In this document: positions 1 to 13,461 of the stretch, piece by piece
Layout: each line of letters begins with the position of its first letter
How positions within the stretch are numbered: the first letter of the stretch is position 1
Source: the human T2T-CHM13v2.0 reference genome, Homo sapiens
Reading direction: 5' to 3' (one strand)
Assembly (NCBI RefSeq): GCF_009914755.1
Contig: NC_060933.1
DNA length: 64,000 bases
The notes under the pieces: generated by a model
Seen by the model: the letters and a program-made list of their open reading frames with translations, nothing else
The model's database searches: none
Told to the model about the DNA's origin: nothing
Position numbers and translations under genes: made by a program

Positions 1-620
1 TTTGGGAACAGTAAAAGCAGGGCAAGGAAAGGAAGGAGCGGCAGAAAGGAGGGGTGAGTCGAGGACACAGGGGCAGCCGGAGAATGCGGAGGAGCCGGGT
101 CCTGAGCGCGGTCTAAGCGAGGCTCGGCTCTCGTCCAGGAACTCGGACGCGGGCTCGCCGGCTCTCCGCGCGCGGGAAGTCGAGCCCAGGACGCCGCCTT
201 CAGGCCGGCGCGCTGACCCGGTGCCCCGACCCGGAGCCTGCGGTCTGCCTGGATCCGTCCTAAACCTCGCGGGCTGGACCCGCGGCCTGAGTGGGTGGGT
301 GTGTGCCAGAGGATTCGGGACTAGGCCCAGCTCCGGGAACCTGGAAATGTGGCCCGCTTCTCAGTGGCTTCCTGTTCATGCGCTTGGGCCTAGTGGCCTA
401 GTTGAAGAAGTGGAACCACAGCGTGAGCCGACAGGGCCTTACAGATCAGACGTCAAGCCCCCCAGACCTTACAGGGGAGGAAAGTGAGGCCTGCACTGGC
501 CGAGCCACCCACTTAAGGCGGTGCGGTAGCCTAGAGGAGCGGCAGACTTCTCTTTCCCCATCCCCCGCCCCATCACTTGACGTTGCTGCCGGACCTCGGT
601 ACAAACCCAAGACAAAACGG
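1..620. promoter_or_regulatory. Tail of the CpG island of the p14ARF/ANRIL bidirectional promoter (start of ANRIL intron 1)
   Basis: Very GC- and CpG-rich for the first ~600 nt, then drops to AT-rich background. Its position ~7 kb past the CDKN2B 3' end matches the known locus layout. Confidence 0.75.
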
Positions 621-1396
621 GGCCCTTTGGAAAAAGTGAGATTTAGCGATCACTCTTACGTAGCCACTCTAAATATCTATCTAGATATTTACAAATGCAC
701 CTCCCCGGTAGGTAGATTTCACTCAGAATTTACCCAACACCGTGCTTTGTGCTGGGGCCACATGCCACCTTTCTGTCTAGTATGGCTGCTCTTTCTCCCT
801 CTTCGCAAATATAGCTCTTTTTCCTTCAGGTCTCTTCTGAAGTAAGTAGCCCTTCCTCAGAAATGCTTCCCTTTTCAGGCACCCTCATACCACCGTGATT
901 TTTTTCTTTATAGCACTTAGGACGAAGAGATTATTTTACTTATGTACTTGTTTACTTGTTTGTTGTGTAGAATGTCAGCTCTATGGGAACCAGATCCTTT
1001 TATGGGTCTTCCTCTGCACCTATGCCACGCCCCCAGCATTCCCCTCCTACCACCACCTTCAGCCGGCCTCCGCCTCTGTAGGGGGGCATTAGGTTTTCTG
1101 TCCCACAGAGGAAGGGCGCTTTAGAAAGGGTTAGTTCATCCTGGAAGAAAAACGATGTCGGATGCCAGCATAGTGTCATTTAAAGATACTGGAGGAATGG
1201 AGTGGGAGCGGTGAGGGTTTCTTGGGCCTAGACAATGTAACTAGTTGTTGCAATAAAGCATGGTGGGGAAAGGAGAAAAGGCACGTATTAAACATCTTTT
1301 GAAGTCGCTATCTATATCAGTCAGTTCTCCAGGGAAACAGAACCCATTGTGTGTGTGTGCGTGCCAGTACCACACATATGTATATGTATATACACA

Positions 1397-1775
1397 CCGT
1401 CATGGGGTTGCTTAACAACAGGGATACATTCTCAGACATGTATCTTTAGGCGATTTCATTGTTGTGCAAACATCATATACAAACCTAGGTGGTATAGTCT
1501 ATTATACATCTAGGCTGTATGGTATGGGCTATTGCTCCTAGGCTGCAAACCTTTACAACATGTTACTATACTGAATACTGTAGATAATTGTAACAAAATG
1601 TAGTTTTATATCTAAACACATCTAAACATAGAAAAGGTAGTATGTTGTGCTACAACTTTAGGACAGCTATGACATCACTAGGGGATAGGAATTTTTCACA
1701 TCCATTATAATCTTATGGGACACCACCAATATGTGACTGTGGTTGACTGAAGCATCGTTATCCAGCACATGACTC
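1397..1775. mobile_element. Tigger3-family non-autonomous DNA transposon nested in the MLT2 LTR
   Basis: Termini ccgtcatg...catgactc, with internal ctaggctgcaaacct / tactgaatactgtag / ataatcttatgggac motifs. Confidence 0.75.
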
Positions 1776-1835
1776 TGTGTGTGTATACAATTTTATATAT
1801 ACGTACATTATATGTCTACACACACATATGTGGGG

Positions 1836-1853
1836 GAGAGAAAGAGAGGGAGG

Positions 1854-1884
<31 letters not shown>

Positions 1885-1891
1885 AGAGAGA
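1836..1891. repeat. (GA)n purine microsatellite
   Basis: Visible GA dinucleotide run. Confidence 0.9.
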
Positions 1892-2699
1892 AAATACTTA
1901 TTTTAAGGAATTGTCTCAGAAAATGGTGGGGGTTGACAAATTGGAGACCCAGGGAAGAGTTGTTGTTGCAAGACTTGAATCCAAAGGCAATCTGGAAGCA
2001 GAATTTCTTCTTCCTTGAGGGACCTCAGTCATTTCTCTTAAGCTCTTCAACTGCTTGGATGAGGACCACCCATATTATTGAGGATAATCTGCTTTTTCAA
2101 GTCTACTGACTTAAATGTTAATCATATCTAAAAAATACCTCCACAGCAATATTTAGACTGGTGTTTGACTCAAACACTGGGTACCACAGCCTAGCCAAGT
2201 TGACATACCAAATTAACTGTCACATTATCCCGTCATGCCTGAGGGATTCTCTGACCCTCAGTTTTCTGAGGATCAAATTTAAATTGAGGGATCTATCTTT
2301 GTTTATTGGAGCCATATAGCTCAAAGTATAATCATTTTCTCTCCACAGGAACTAGACCTAGGGATAAGGGTAATTGCTTATTTCAGAGGAATGCCATCTG
2401 AATAAAAGAATAATTATATAGTAAGCTCTCTGTTCAAAAAATGTAAATATTAAAGTTTGAACATCTAAATTCCATCTTGGTTTCCCCCACTGCCGCTGCC
2501 CAATACCTGTTCTCTTTCAGTTGCAGTATGCAGGGGAATTCTAAGTTTAATATTAGTCTCAGCAAAATACAATGGTGAAGATGACTCTTTCTAGCATAAC
2601 AATGGGTATGTGGTATTCCAAATACTTTTGGAATGCGGAGTGACTATTGGCTATGTGCTCTTCAAAAAATTAATAATGAAGAACTGAGCATGTAATTTC

Positions 2700-2870
2700 A
2701 CTTATATTACTTATTTTATCCTCACAGTGGCCTTTCAAAATTGGGATTATTACTCCTGTTTTACAGGTGGAAAGAATGAGGCCTAGAAAGGCTCAAATCT
2801 TGAACACTTCATGGCCAGCAAGAGCCAGGGCTGGAATCATCAGGCAGGCCTTTGGGTTACAAGCCTTGTG
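2700..2870 (-). mobile_element. MIR SINE (degenerate)
   Basis: attactcctgttttacaggtggaaagaatgaggcctagaaagg matches the antisense MIR core. Confidence 0.6.
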
Positions 2871-3279
2871 CCTTTTCTGTTGTCCCAAAGGCCAGGGTCA
2901 ATAGGGAGTGAGTTATCTGTGGGTCACTTATGCAGACAGAATCACTGAATATTGGAAGTTTTTGGGGTTCTCTTCCACTGGCCTAAAAACCTGAGTTAAT
3001 TGAGTTTTTTTTAACAGGGGTAAATAATTTTCTATTTTAGATCAGCAAATTCATTCCATAGGCAGGGATAGGGGAGAAAAATCTTACTGAATATCCCTTG
3101 TCTTGTTCTCCTCCTCCCCAAACTTAATGTCCTATGACACTAGCTTTATCCCTTAGGTAACTCTTGATTATCCAAATTTCATGAGAAACTTTCCTAACAT
3201 TGCACATGCTCAAACTCAAAACCCCAAAGTCATAAGAAAAAAGATAACATAAGCAAGAATAAAAAACAATTATTTGATC

Positions 3280-4460
3280 ATATATGTCAAAAGATTAATT
3301 ACTAGACTATATAAATAAATACATAATCCAGTAAAACAACAATCCAATAAAAAAGGCAAAGGATATAATAGTTTATAGTAGAATATGTGCAAATAGTAAA
3401 AAATAAAAAGATAATCTTACTCATTAATAAATGTAAACAGAAACAATGGCATATAACCACAAGTGTGGCAAAAAGAAAAAAGACTACTTTGACAAAGTTG
3501 TCAGGAAACAATCACTCTTACTATTACAACTTGGTGTAATTGTTTTGAAAGGCAGCATTACAATATCTAGTCAAAACTGTATGAGAATATAGGTACCCTT
3601 TGACTCAGCTATTCCACTATTTTAAGTATGTAAAGACACACACAAATAATGTATGGAAATATATATACACATATATACTATATAGTATATATAGTTCATA
3701 TGTATGTTATATGTTTGTGTATATATCTATATACTTATATACACCCTTTGACTCAGCAATTCTATTCCTATAACTCATGTATGTAACATATATAATACAT
3801 ATCTTTATATACACATATGTACACACATATCTGTAAGTATGGGAAGATGTATACACATGTACACATATATATACATACATATGTATATATGTATTTTATG
3901 TATGGATACATATGTATATATGGATAGATTTTACACCTACAGACACATTTAGATATGTAACTTCAGCTAAAGCAATTCACTCCTATATAAATTGCTACAG
4001 ATAACTTGTATAAGTATGCAGAAATGTTTCTTTATAGCAGTGTGTATTAGCAAACAAAGTGCAAGAAAGAGAAAAATGATTGACATGCTTGTGAGGAGAC
4101 TTTTTTTGTTGTTGTTGTTGTTAGGGCTCATTCATAAAATAATAAAACTGTGCATCCATAAACAATAATGAAGCACATCTATATGCACTGACAATGGAAG
4201 TTGTCAAAGATCTATTGCTAATTAAAGAAAGCAAGTGACAGAATAGTATGATCCCATTCATGTTTTCCAAATATGCATGCTGGGGGAGAGATGTTTGCAA
4301 TTATATGTACTTATATTTCTGGAAGGATAATTAAATATTTGTAATAGTGGTTACCTTTGGGTAGTAAGAATGAGGGTGGGAAAAATTTCAGATTTTTGCT
4401 TACTACTTTTTGCTTTCTGGACTGTTTGAAAGTTTACCATGAGCAAGAATTATTAAATAA
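3280..4460 (+). mobile_element. Ancient L1 (L1ME-like) ORF2 end and 3' UTR with an internal TA/CA-rich expansion
   Basis: Decayed L1 motifs (ccctttgactcagcaattc, ctttatagcagtgtgtattagc, agaatagtatgatcccattc, agtggttacctttggg). Low-complexity tract at ~3650-3950. Confidence 0.6.
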
Positions 4461-4474
4461 CAACCACAGGAATA

Positions 4475-4592
4475 TTGGGGCTCAAACCTAGAGATTCTAA
4501 TTTTGTAGACCTGGAGCTGATCAACAAGTCTAAATGTTAAAACATCCTCACGGGTGATTCTGACATGGAGCCAGGATTGAGAAACAATTTTC
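4475..4592. mobile_element. MER5A-like hAT fragment
   Basis: agagattctaatt...ggtgattctgacatggagccaggattgagaaac. Confidence 0.55.
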
Positions 4593-7293
4593 TGAAATGG
4601 AAGGGGTTTTAAACTTGTTGTCCTCAAATGACTACTGAGGCAAACACCATTCTTATAGACATAAGACATACTTGGGAGCAAATGTATAATAAAGTGGTAT
4701 GCTTCCCTAGAAAGGGGACGACCTTAAATCTTTCTGTTTATGGTGGTATTTAAACATATTAAAAACTACTAATTTTGGAATAGTCTTACTGTGATAAGTC
4801 TAACTATCAAAGGCAGTCCAGAGATTAGCAAATAATAGAGGATGATCAAATGTTTTTCAGAAAATATTATAGGTGGCACTTTGGCAGGAGATTCTGAGAA
4901 TGGTGAGAGGGTGCCTCTGTGCCCTAGGAAAGGTGATAGAGCTTAGAAACTCAGAACTCAGATGGAATGAGGAGCCATGCCATATACATCTTTACAACAG
5001 TCACCCTCTAGAAGAAAACTCTGTGTTGACAATAATCTGCTGACTTGTCTGTGGGTTTTTGAACAGAATAAACTGTTTCTTCTTTTATGTTTGTGTATTA
5101 TTGCTTATAAATATATTCTAAAATATATAATAACAAACAATAACAGTACTTGCAGCTTAATTAAAGAAAAAATGCAAGTATCTTATTTATACTAAGAGAA
5201 GAGAGAAACCCGAAGAACAATGGATTATCCTTACATATTTGGTTTGGGATTACATTGAGAGCTACCTAAATACCAGACACTCATTCTTGGTCCTGACTCC
5301 TACTCTGTTATCCATAGCTCAGTACCTAGTATCTGGCGCAGAAAGAAGTGGAATGGAATTATCAGGGAGACCCAGTTTTTAGCCAAGACTAAAAGGTTTT
5401 AGCCAAGGGGATGGAAGAATTTGTGCATAGATAGACGGCAGATGGGAATTCGTTTAAAATGGAATGGAGACCCAGAGGTCACATAAGACAGGGTTCAGAG
5501 GAAGTAGCCCCAACAACATCATAATAGAGAACATTGATAATGAGAGGATAGATAGATTATGCATTTGGGGAGGAGGCCAAATATGAGAAATAAGACATGG
5601 TTTACTTACTGTAATTGGTCTTAAAGTTTTGAGTGGAACTCTGTTGTAAAATATTTTCTGTGCCAGAGCTGACTCCATATATCTACTGGAAGTCTAATGC
5701 CAGGGGCTTCTGAGTGTGAAGTGGATTAATAGGTGTTTGGGGTCCTTTGTAAACTTCTAGTGTAATGTGAATAGCTGTGAGGTAGTCAGTGTGTCATCTT
5801 AATACATTGTTCTTAGTTCTTTTTCCAGCAAACTCTTTTGTTTTACATTTAGTTCACACCACAAATTAGTAAGTCAGGCTTGGTGCTTTTTGACCCATAC
5901 ATTAATTTTCATTACTGTGCTTAATATACAATCCATGCCAATTACATATTATTAATTAGTGGCACTAGTATTAGTTCATATTTTCTTTTATTATGTAATT
6001 AATAGGGCCTATATGTGAAAGTTACTGTGTTTCTGTAAAATGAAGTATTCTTTTTCCTTACGCAAGGAATGACATTAAAATCTTCTGAGTAGGGAATTTA
6101 AGAGGCAAGAAAGGAGTAATTTCATTTGGATAGCTGAAATTGAGAAACGTTTTATAGAAACTTTTCAGGTATGAAGGATAGTAGTAGAGATGTTACATGA
6201 GTTAGCACTCATATATTGAATTAGTTAAGGAACCAATGTGGGAATCTAGGTCTTCTATCTTCCAGTCAAGTCCTTGTTTCACTTTTCTTCATTCCCTCTT
6301 TCTTTCCTGTCGTTATAAGTAGAATAGGAAAATATTGAAAGTATTGAGGCTCAACTGTTGTTGCCCCTTTAAGTAATTTCTAAAATTAAAATTGTCTTAT
6401 TTTCATATATGTGTGATTGTGTATCTAGGTATCTCTTTGTAGCTTAGTAATTGAACACTGTGAACTACACCAACCTAAGCATTATTCTCCAAGTTTTCAT
6501 CAAATAACTAGACAGTTTCTGTTAATACTGAAAATCTAGTAAACGTGTCAGAATTTGGTTATGATTAGTTGCTGACATAAAACATGAGGGCAGACCTCAC
6601 TGTACTTTAGAAGATACTGGCTTTCACATTTGCCCCAGTAGGTAGTTCACATGAGTGCTTCTTCAGATAATGTCTCTAAGTTTTGCATATCATTAGTTCT
6701 ACTTGCTCCACTTTTGATAGAGTGGCAATGTATTGAACATTGTAAAAATTATGCTCTATGATTTAAAAAATCCATCTCTGGTAAAGCATAAAATGAGTAT
6801 ATGTTTTACTGTTTAAAATAATTGAGGGGTAATTATAGAATCAGCAAAAAGAAAAAAAAACCCTACTGACTATTACATATCAATGCACACAGTGTGTTAA
6901 TATTTTCAAAAAAGGGAGGGCAATCTCAGTGTAAGTGTAAATGAAATTAGTTTTTGTATATATTTGCTGAAGATCAGTTACCTAGCTTCATATGATAAAT
7001 TATTTGGTGCTGGTCACAATATTGTGCTTGCCATATTAGGGAAATAAAATATCATGAAAGTATTCCTAAGTATACATTTTCCCAGAGGCGTTTGGGGTTT
7101 TATCAGTCTCGAGCTCTCCTCTTGAAACTGTTTCATTCCTTAGTTATGAAATTACTAATTTTAACCATTTAAGGCATAGGAAATTTTACATAGATTTTGC
7201 TTTAACAGCAAAACACCCTTTAAAAAATTCATCCACTTAGGTGAAAAATAAAAGATAAAAATGAAGCCAAATGAATGTTATTAAATTTATAAA

Positions 7294-7299
7294 TTTATT
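7294..7299 (-). terminator. CDKN2B: CDKN2B distal polyadenylation signal (AATAAA on minus strand), cleavage near 7281
   Basis: tttatt on plus at 7294-7299, giving the ~3.1-kb 3' UTR expected for the long CDKN2B mRNA. Confidence 0.65.
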
Positions 7300-9484
7300 T
7301 AACTTTCCAGATCTTCTTGGAATAAATGTCAGGTAGTAGAATTTGTACAAACCTTGGTAATGTCTTAGGTTTAGATACGAACTTAACAGGTATATTTAAT
7401 TTTCTGTATTCCACAATGGAGCTAGAAGCAGGACTCATGAAAATAGTAACTATATGTTTTGCATGTATCCTTCAAAGTGAAATCCTTAACAAATTTAACA
7501 GTATATATTAGGCTGCTGATGAAACAGCTAAACCTGTCTGCCAGGTGGCTTCGAAAATGGAATTAATTTTTACATGGCATTGATAAGTTACTATTTTAAT
7601 ACAACCAGGTGGTAATTGATACCCAATAATGTTTGAGGTTTGCTTTAAATAAAAAAAACTAACAAAACAAACAAAAAAAAACAGTGTAATATAGTACTGT
7701 GGGATCCACAATAACATTTTCTTTAGTTTCCCTTAATATCAAGTTGTCATTAGGAAAGATTCCACAAGTTATTTAAACCAGAAATGAAGTAACATGTTTC
7801 ATATCTATTTCAAGGGATAATTTTTCATGACCCAGTATAATGCAACTAGCAAATTTAAACATCTTGGAATTTAAGATATAGAGGTCAAATTAAGGGATTT
7901 TATAAACCAAATGGGAGATTTTAAAGTATCAACTGACTTCTTTTATATAGAATGTTTTCTAATAATTGTAAAATACTGTAACTTTAAAAATATTATTCTT
8001 GTAGCCTCTAATGATTGAGTGCTTAAGTGATAACTAGAAATATATTTTCTGTCCCTGTGCTTCAGTTTGAAAATGGAGGTTCCATTATCTTTGTTCCAAA
8101 AATTTGGGTTTTTATAGGTGTGTTGGGGGGGGTTATTCTCCATATTGTTGACATTTTAAAATAGTTTTCAAACAAACCGTTTATATTTACTAGAAGTTAG
8201 AGAAAGAAAAGCCACCTTAGGAGCTTACAAGGGAGATCATTGTGTATTTCTGCTTTTTTTTAAAAAAAGTTATCTTCATGTGTATCATTCATGATTTTGG
8301 AGGACAAGCTGGTGCAATGGGAAGAAAAGCAAGACAACCATAATCAGCTGTGGAACTAGATGCACTTCTTTGTGCATCCATGGAATGAATATCTTGTAAC
8401 CTTTGGCAAGTTACTTGATATTTCTTTGCCTCATTGTCCTCATCTGGGAAACAATACCTATCTCTCAGGTTTAAATATTAAATTAACAAATATATTTTAA
8501 TGCATACCTGGTACAGATTATGTGTCAATAAACATATCCTTTCCCCAATAACATATGCTCTGATTCTCAACTAACTTTCCCCAGTAATATGTTCATTTTG
8601 GGAATAGGAATTGGTAGAGAAGTAAAGATTTGTGTATTCAACTCAAATGTACTCCTTCTTATAAGTCTCCACTCTCAAATGACTTGTTTCTGTTCCTTTT
8701 TTCTCTTTTAAATGTGTATCTGGTAGAATGAGCATTTAGAAGCATAATACATGTATACACTTTGTGTTTAATTTTCTATGGCATAAGTAAGCAGTTTTTA
8801 TGAATTGCTGGTATTGCTTATGAGCAATTATTACAAACATTGAGAGAAGGGAACCCCTGTGAACCTTTAACATTTCTCAGGAGTTAGTGGTAAACCCATG
8901 AACATGTATTTTTAAACCAAATTACCCACCTCTTGGAGTTCAATCTCTGTTAATTCTTTATTAAAGTAGTGAAGTATCAGTTGTTCCAATGATATAATGA
9001 TCAAGCAACCCTGGAAATTAAATCCCAAAGCAGTGCACCTTTAGTTTGTTCAGTGATAGTAGGACATCCCACGAGCCATCATATATTTTCAAGTTTTTAT
9101 ACTCAATCTACTTTTTCAGCAATCTTTTGGGAACTATCCCAAGATAATTTACTGCATAAGTGCATCTATCTTCTAAAAGACATTTGGAATATTTCTTAGT
9201 CTGACCTCTGCACCCTGAGACACTCTATAAAGGAAACAATCAGAAAAATTTAACAAAGAAATAAATAGGTTAAGAAGAAAGCAATCTAGGCGTTTGCACT
9301 GAGTTTGCAACAGTGCCATTGCTACATTTAAGAGCTGTAGTTCTTCCTCACATTTTAACTGAGAGCCACTAGTTATGTTACTTAAAATCTCCCCATTAAA
9401 TAAGACAGTTGCTGAACAACTAAAAAGTACAAAATATCACAAAATCAAAAAGTAGCAAGTCATAAGGGGATTTCCGCATCCTAG

Positions 9485-9486
<2 letters not shown>

Positions 9487-9520
<34 letters not shown>
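9487..9520. repeat. (TG)17 microsatellite in the CDKN2B 3' UTR
   Basis: Perfect dinucleotide run. Confidence 0.95.
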
Positions 9521-9526
<6 letters not shown>

Positions 9527-10364
9527 AACGTTACAGTTAACCGTTACAATTGCTCTCACTCCACTCCACCACCTCATCCTGTGTAGTCTGCCTGCGGAAC
9601 CCGCGGGAATCTCTCCTCAGTGTAGTAAGAGCAAAGGCCAGCATCCTGTGCAAAGGTGCTCTGCAGCGTCGTGATCCAGGGATTTTAGCATCTGTCGTCG
9701 CTTGCACATCCTCTCTTACCCCTCTGCTATCTGGTGGAGTTGGGCGAGGGTCTCCAGGGCTTCCAGAGAGTGTCGTTTACGCATGTGACTTGCCATGCGC
9801 TCAAACTAAAGCGCCGCCGGGGACTTACTGAAGCCCACCTCGGCCCTCCTCCACTTTGTCCTCAGTCTTCAGGTTTTCCTTTCTGCCGCTAGGGCCTAAG
9901 TTGTGGGTTCACCATAACTCCTCAGCAGACATTGGAGTGAACGCATCGACTGCCGTCACCCAAGTGCTAATCACTGCCTTCTCCCACTCAGCGCTGGAGT
10001 GGGAGATTCATCCATCGGAAGATTCGTAGCCACCAGGTCCAGTCAAGGATTTCATATGCACTTTCCCTCAGAAAACCCTGAAAAGCAAACGACCCCTGGA
10101 ATGTCACACACTCCTAAATATCCCTGGAAATCCGCTTCTCTGTGTTTCGCTTCATGGTGAGTGTCGAGGGCCAGATAAGACAAAGAAAAAAATGTATGGA
10201 AGGTTATTCCCGGTCGGCTCCTCCTTCCTGTGAGTCTCAGACAGGCTTGCAGGCTTACAGGCTTTCCGCCGCTCCCCGTTGGCAGCCTTCATCGAATTAG
10301 GTGGGTGGGGGTGGGAAATTGGGTAAGAAAATAAAGTCGTTGTGGGCGGCTGGGGAACCTGGCG

Positions 10365-10646
<282 letters not shown>

Positions 10647-11421
10647 TCAGAGCCAGGGTGGGGGCAGGTATGGGAGATGCCGGCCGGGGCAAGGCAGGTG
10701 GAGCCATTTAAAGAAACACCTAATTGCAAAGTTTTCACCCAGTGCAGAGGTGTTCAGGTCTCTGATGTCTGGTGTTTCTTCATTTGCTGATGCAATCCAC
10801 TTTCCCACCCCACCTTCAGGTTATACTCAGTACAAATTAAATGCCATTTTATTCTCTAAACGTGCAGAGACAAGAAAGTTGATGGTAAAGTGATGATCAT
10901 CATTATGGAAAAACAAATCTTGATTTCCATTGGAACATGGGAATCTATTTTGTTAAATGATTTAGGGGCAGAGTTAAATTTATTCGGCTTTTAAAGTTTT
11001 AAATTATTTGCCTTGCTGACCCCTCCTCCATAATCCAGGTCTACAAATATTTATTAGGTAGTCAACTACTGTTTGTTAGAAGTTGGGAGTAATGGTTTAG
11101 GGGAGAAAATAAACAACTAAGTTTTTTTCTTTCTTTTTTTTTTAATTTATTTAGTTCTCATAGCAAATCCCGTGCGGAAGGCTTTTGTTTGTCATGTGTC
11201 TGAGCTCATAACTGGCTTGTAGTGTGATAATTTGAGCCAAAGTTGGAGATTAGAAGGGAAAAGTAAATTAAATCATGCAAAATCTTATAAAATTATAATA
11301 AATGATTTTTCCTTAACAGTTCATCATTTTAAATTTAGACTATAATATTTTTAATGTAATATAAAACTAACTATATTTGTATACTACAGGATTTTATAAT
11401 AGCTAAGATTTAAAAATGTTA

Positions 11422-11784
<363 letters not shown>

Positions 11785-13093
11785 TCAATCAGGATGATGC
11801 ATAACTTAGAAAAAATGATGTTTTGCAGGAGTAATCCTGTAGCAGCCATTTGTGTACATGAACATTATGAAAACATTTGCTGTCATATTTAAAGTCAATT
11901 ATAAGACAATTTTTGGTAACTAAATGTCTAAAATCGAGTTATTTGTTATGGGTTTATGCACTTTAAAATATACCATTTAATTGAAAGGCAGTATACTTCT
12001 CATGTTTTGTTGGCTTGTTTCATTAATATTAGAAATGTTCATTTCATCTCTTAAAAACCGTGATAAGTTATATCTACTAGTGATGTAAGGATATTTTACA
12101 TAGAAAAAAAGGGGAAAATAGCTGCTGTTAGTATTTCAGAAAATGGTGAATTACATATATAACTTGTTTTTATAATTATTAATAAAATTTTAAGTTTTTA
12201 AGATGCACTTTACAATATTTTTGCTCCTTTAAAAATCCCTCATTTGTTATACCATTATTCTAAGAATTCAAAAGAAATGAACACTTCTTTAAAATCTATA
12301 CTATTAACAAGATCCCTTAATATTAGCTTAGTTTTAGAGGGTGATAGTGAGGTGAGTACTGAATATGACCACTAGCCAACGGTAAAGTACAAAAGAGTTG
12401 TCCTAGATTGTAAAAGAAATAAAAAATATCAGTACTAATTAAAGCAGGATTCGTACTTAAACATTGAATAAGTGTATTTTAACAATGAAGATAAAGATGC
12501 ATTATTTATGAAGATCCTTTGCCATTCAAAAAGGACCTAACAGTTGCTGCAGGAATATTTTTGTAATCTGGGCACTGAGTATGATAATTAAAGAATGAGA
12601 AACCTATAGAACTATATATTTTTTCTCTTATGCATCACTCATAAGACACTGCTAACATAAAAGGAACTAAGTACTGTGGTTGAGGAATCCCGTCTCATTC
12701 TCAATTAACCTCTATGAGAAAACAATACAACAGATTTCATATAGTAGCTTAGAAGTTTACATTGATTTTTTCCATGTACTATGATTTTGTAGAATTCCTT
12801 AAATCCAATCTAGAATGCGTAACTTATACTTTACTTATCTTTATCGTTGAAAGCAGACAGACAAGATAATCTTCTTCCCTAAATAAGCTTTCCTTTTCTC
12901 CTTTTCTCCCCAATTCAGTCTATTCCTTGCATCTCTGATCATGAGATGGCAGAACAAAAACCACTAAAAAAAGCTTAAACAGTGGGTTTTTCAATGTCTC
13001 TCTTTAGGATTTTTGCTGGGTAAAAGCCTGTTTTACGCGTGGAATGCACACCTCCGGCCAACGGAGACTCCTGTACAAATCTACATCGGCGAT

Positions 13094-13330
13094 CTAGGTT
13101 CCAGCCCCGATCCGCCGAGGCCGCGCCCCGCGTTCGCGCGCCCCCTGCCGGCGAGGCCCTGGGGCCCCAGCTACCTGGATCGCGCGCCTCCCGAAACGGT
13201 TGACTCCGTTGGGATCCGCGCCGGCTTCCAGGAGCTGTCGCACCTTCTCCACTAGTCCCCGCGCCGCGGCGCTGGCCAGACCCTCATCGCTGCCGCCCCC
13301 ACTGGGCATGCCCTTGTTCTCCTCGCGCAT
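13094..13330 (-). CDS. CDKN2B: p10 isoform of CDKN2B (78 aa), read-through to an alternative donor 123 nt downstream
   Basis: Frame continues [26 protein letters not shown] to a TAG ending at 13094. Second donor GGAG|gtgtgc at 13052/13051. Confidence 0.85.
   Translation of the reverse strand: MREENKGMPSGGGSDEGLASAAARGLVEKVRQLLEAGADPNGVNRFGRRAIQVAGAPGPRRQGARERGARPRRIGAGT
13175..13330 (-). CDS. CDKN2B: p15INK4b coding exon 1 (52 codons)
   Basis: ATG at 13330, [25 protein letters not shown]...RRAIQ, donor CAG|gtagct in phase 0. Confidence 0.98.
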
Positions 13331-13383
13331 TCCGCAGCCCCCAGACGCGCAGCGGCCCGGATAATCCACCGTTGGCCGTAAAC

Positions 13384-13461
13384 TTAACGACACTCTTCCC
13401 TTCTTTCCCACGCTGCTCCGGCGCACTCTCTCCTTCCTAGGAGACCTGGGCTCAGCTTCAT
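13384..13461 (-). other. Upstream ORF (25 aa) in the CDKN2B 5' UTR
   Basis: The only ATG I find between the presumed TSS (~13690) and the main ATG. Reads [25 protein letters not shown]. Translation is not shown by the sequence. Confidence 0.55.

Larger units (their letters stand above)
1313..2224 (-). mobile_element. MLT2-type (ERVL) solo LTR, interrupted by a Tigger element and simple repeats
   Basis: Minus strand begins TGTGACAGTTAATT..TGTCAACTTGGCTAGG (MLT2 5' end). Flanks ctatc/ttatc resemble a 5-bp TSD. Confidence 0.75.
7281..10364 (-). other. CDKN2B: CDKN2B 3' UTR (AU-rich; contains a MIR at ~8340-8530 and a possible proximal AATAAA at 8957-8962)
   Basis: Lies between the stop codon (10365-10367) and the poly(A) signal. 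Confidence 0.7.

Noticed and set aside
2-845. 161-aa and 147-aa ORFs at the window start
   Set aside because: Non-ATG starts in GC-rich CpG-island DNA where stops are rare, no recognisable domain, and intronic position.
13331-13426. 32-codon in-frame N-terminal extension of p15 from a GTG
   Set aside because: Near-cognate start without a +4 G, overlapped by the AUG uORF, and nothing in the sequence supports its use.
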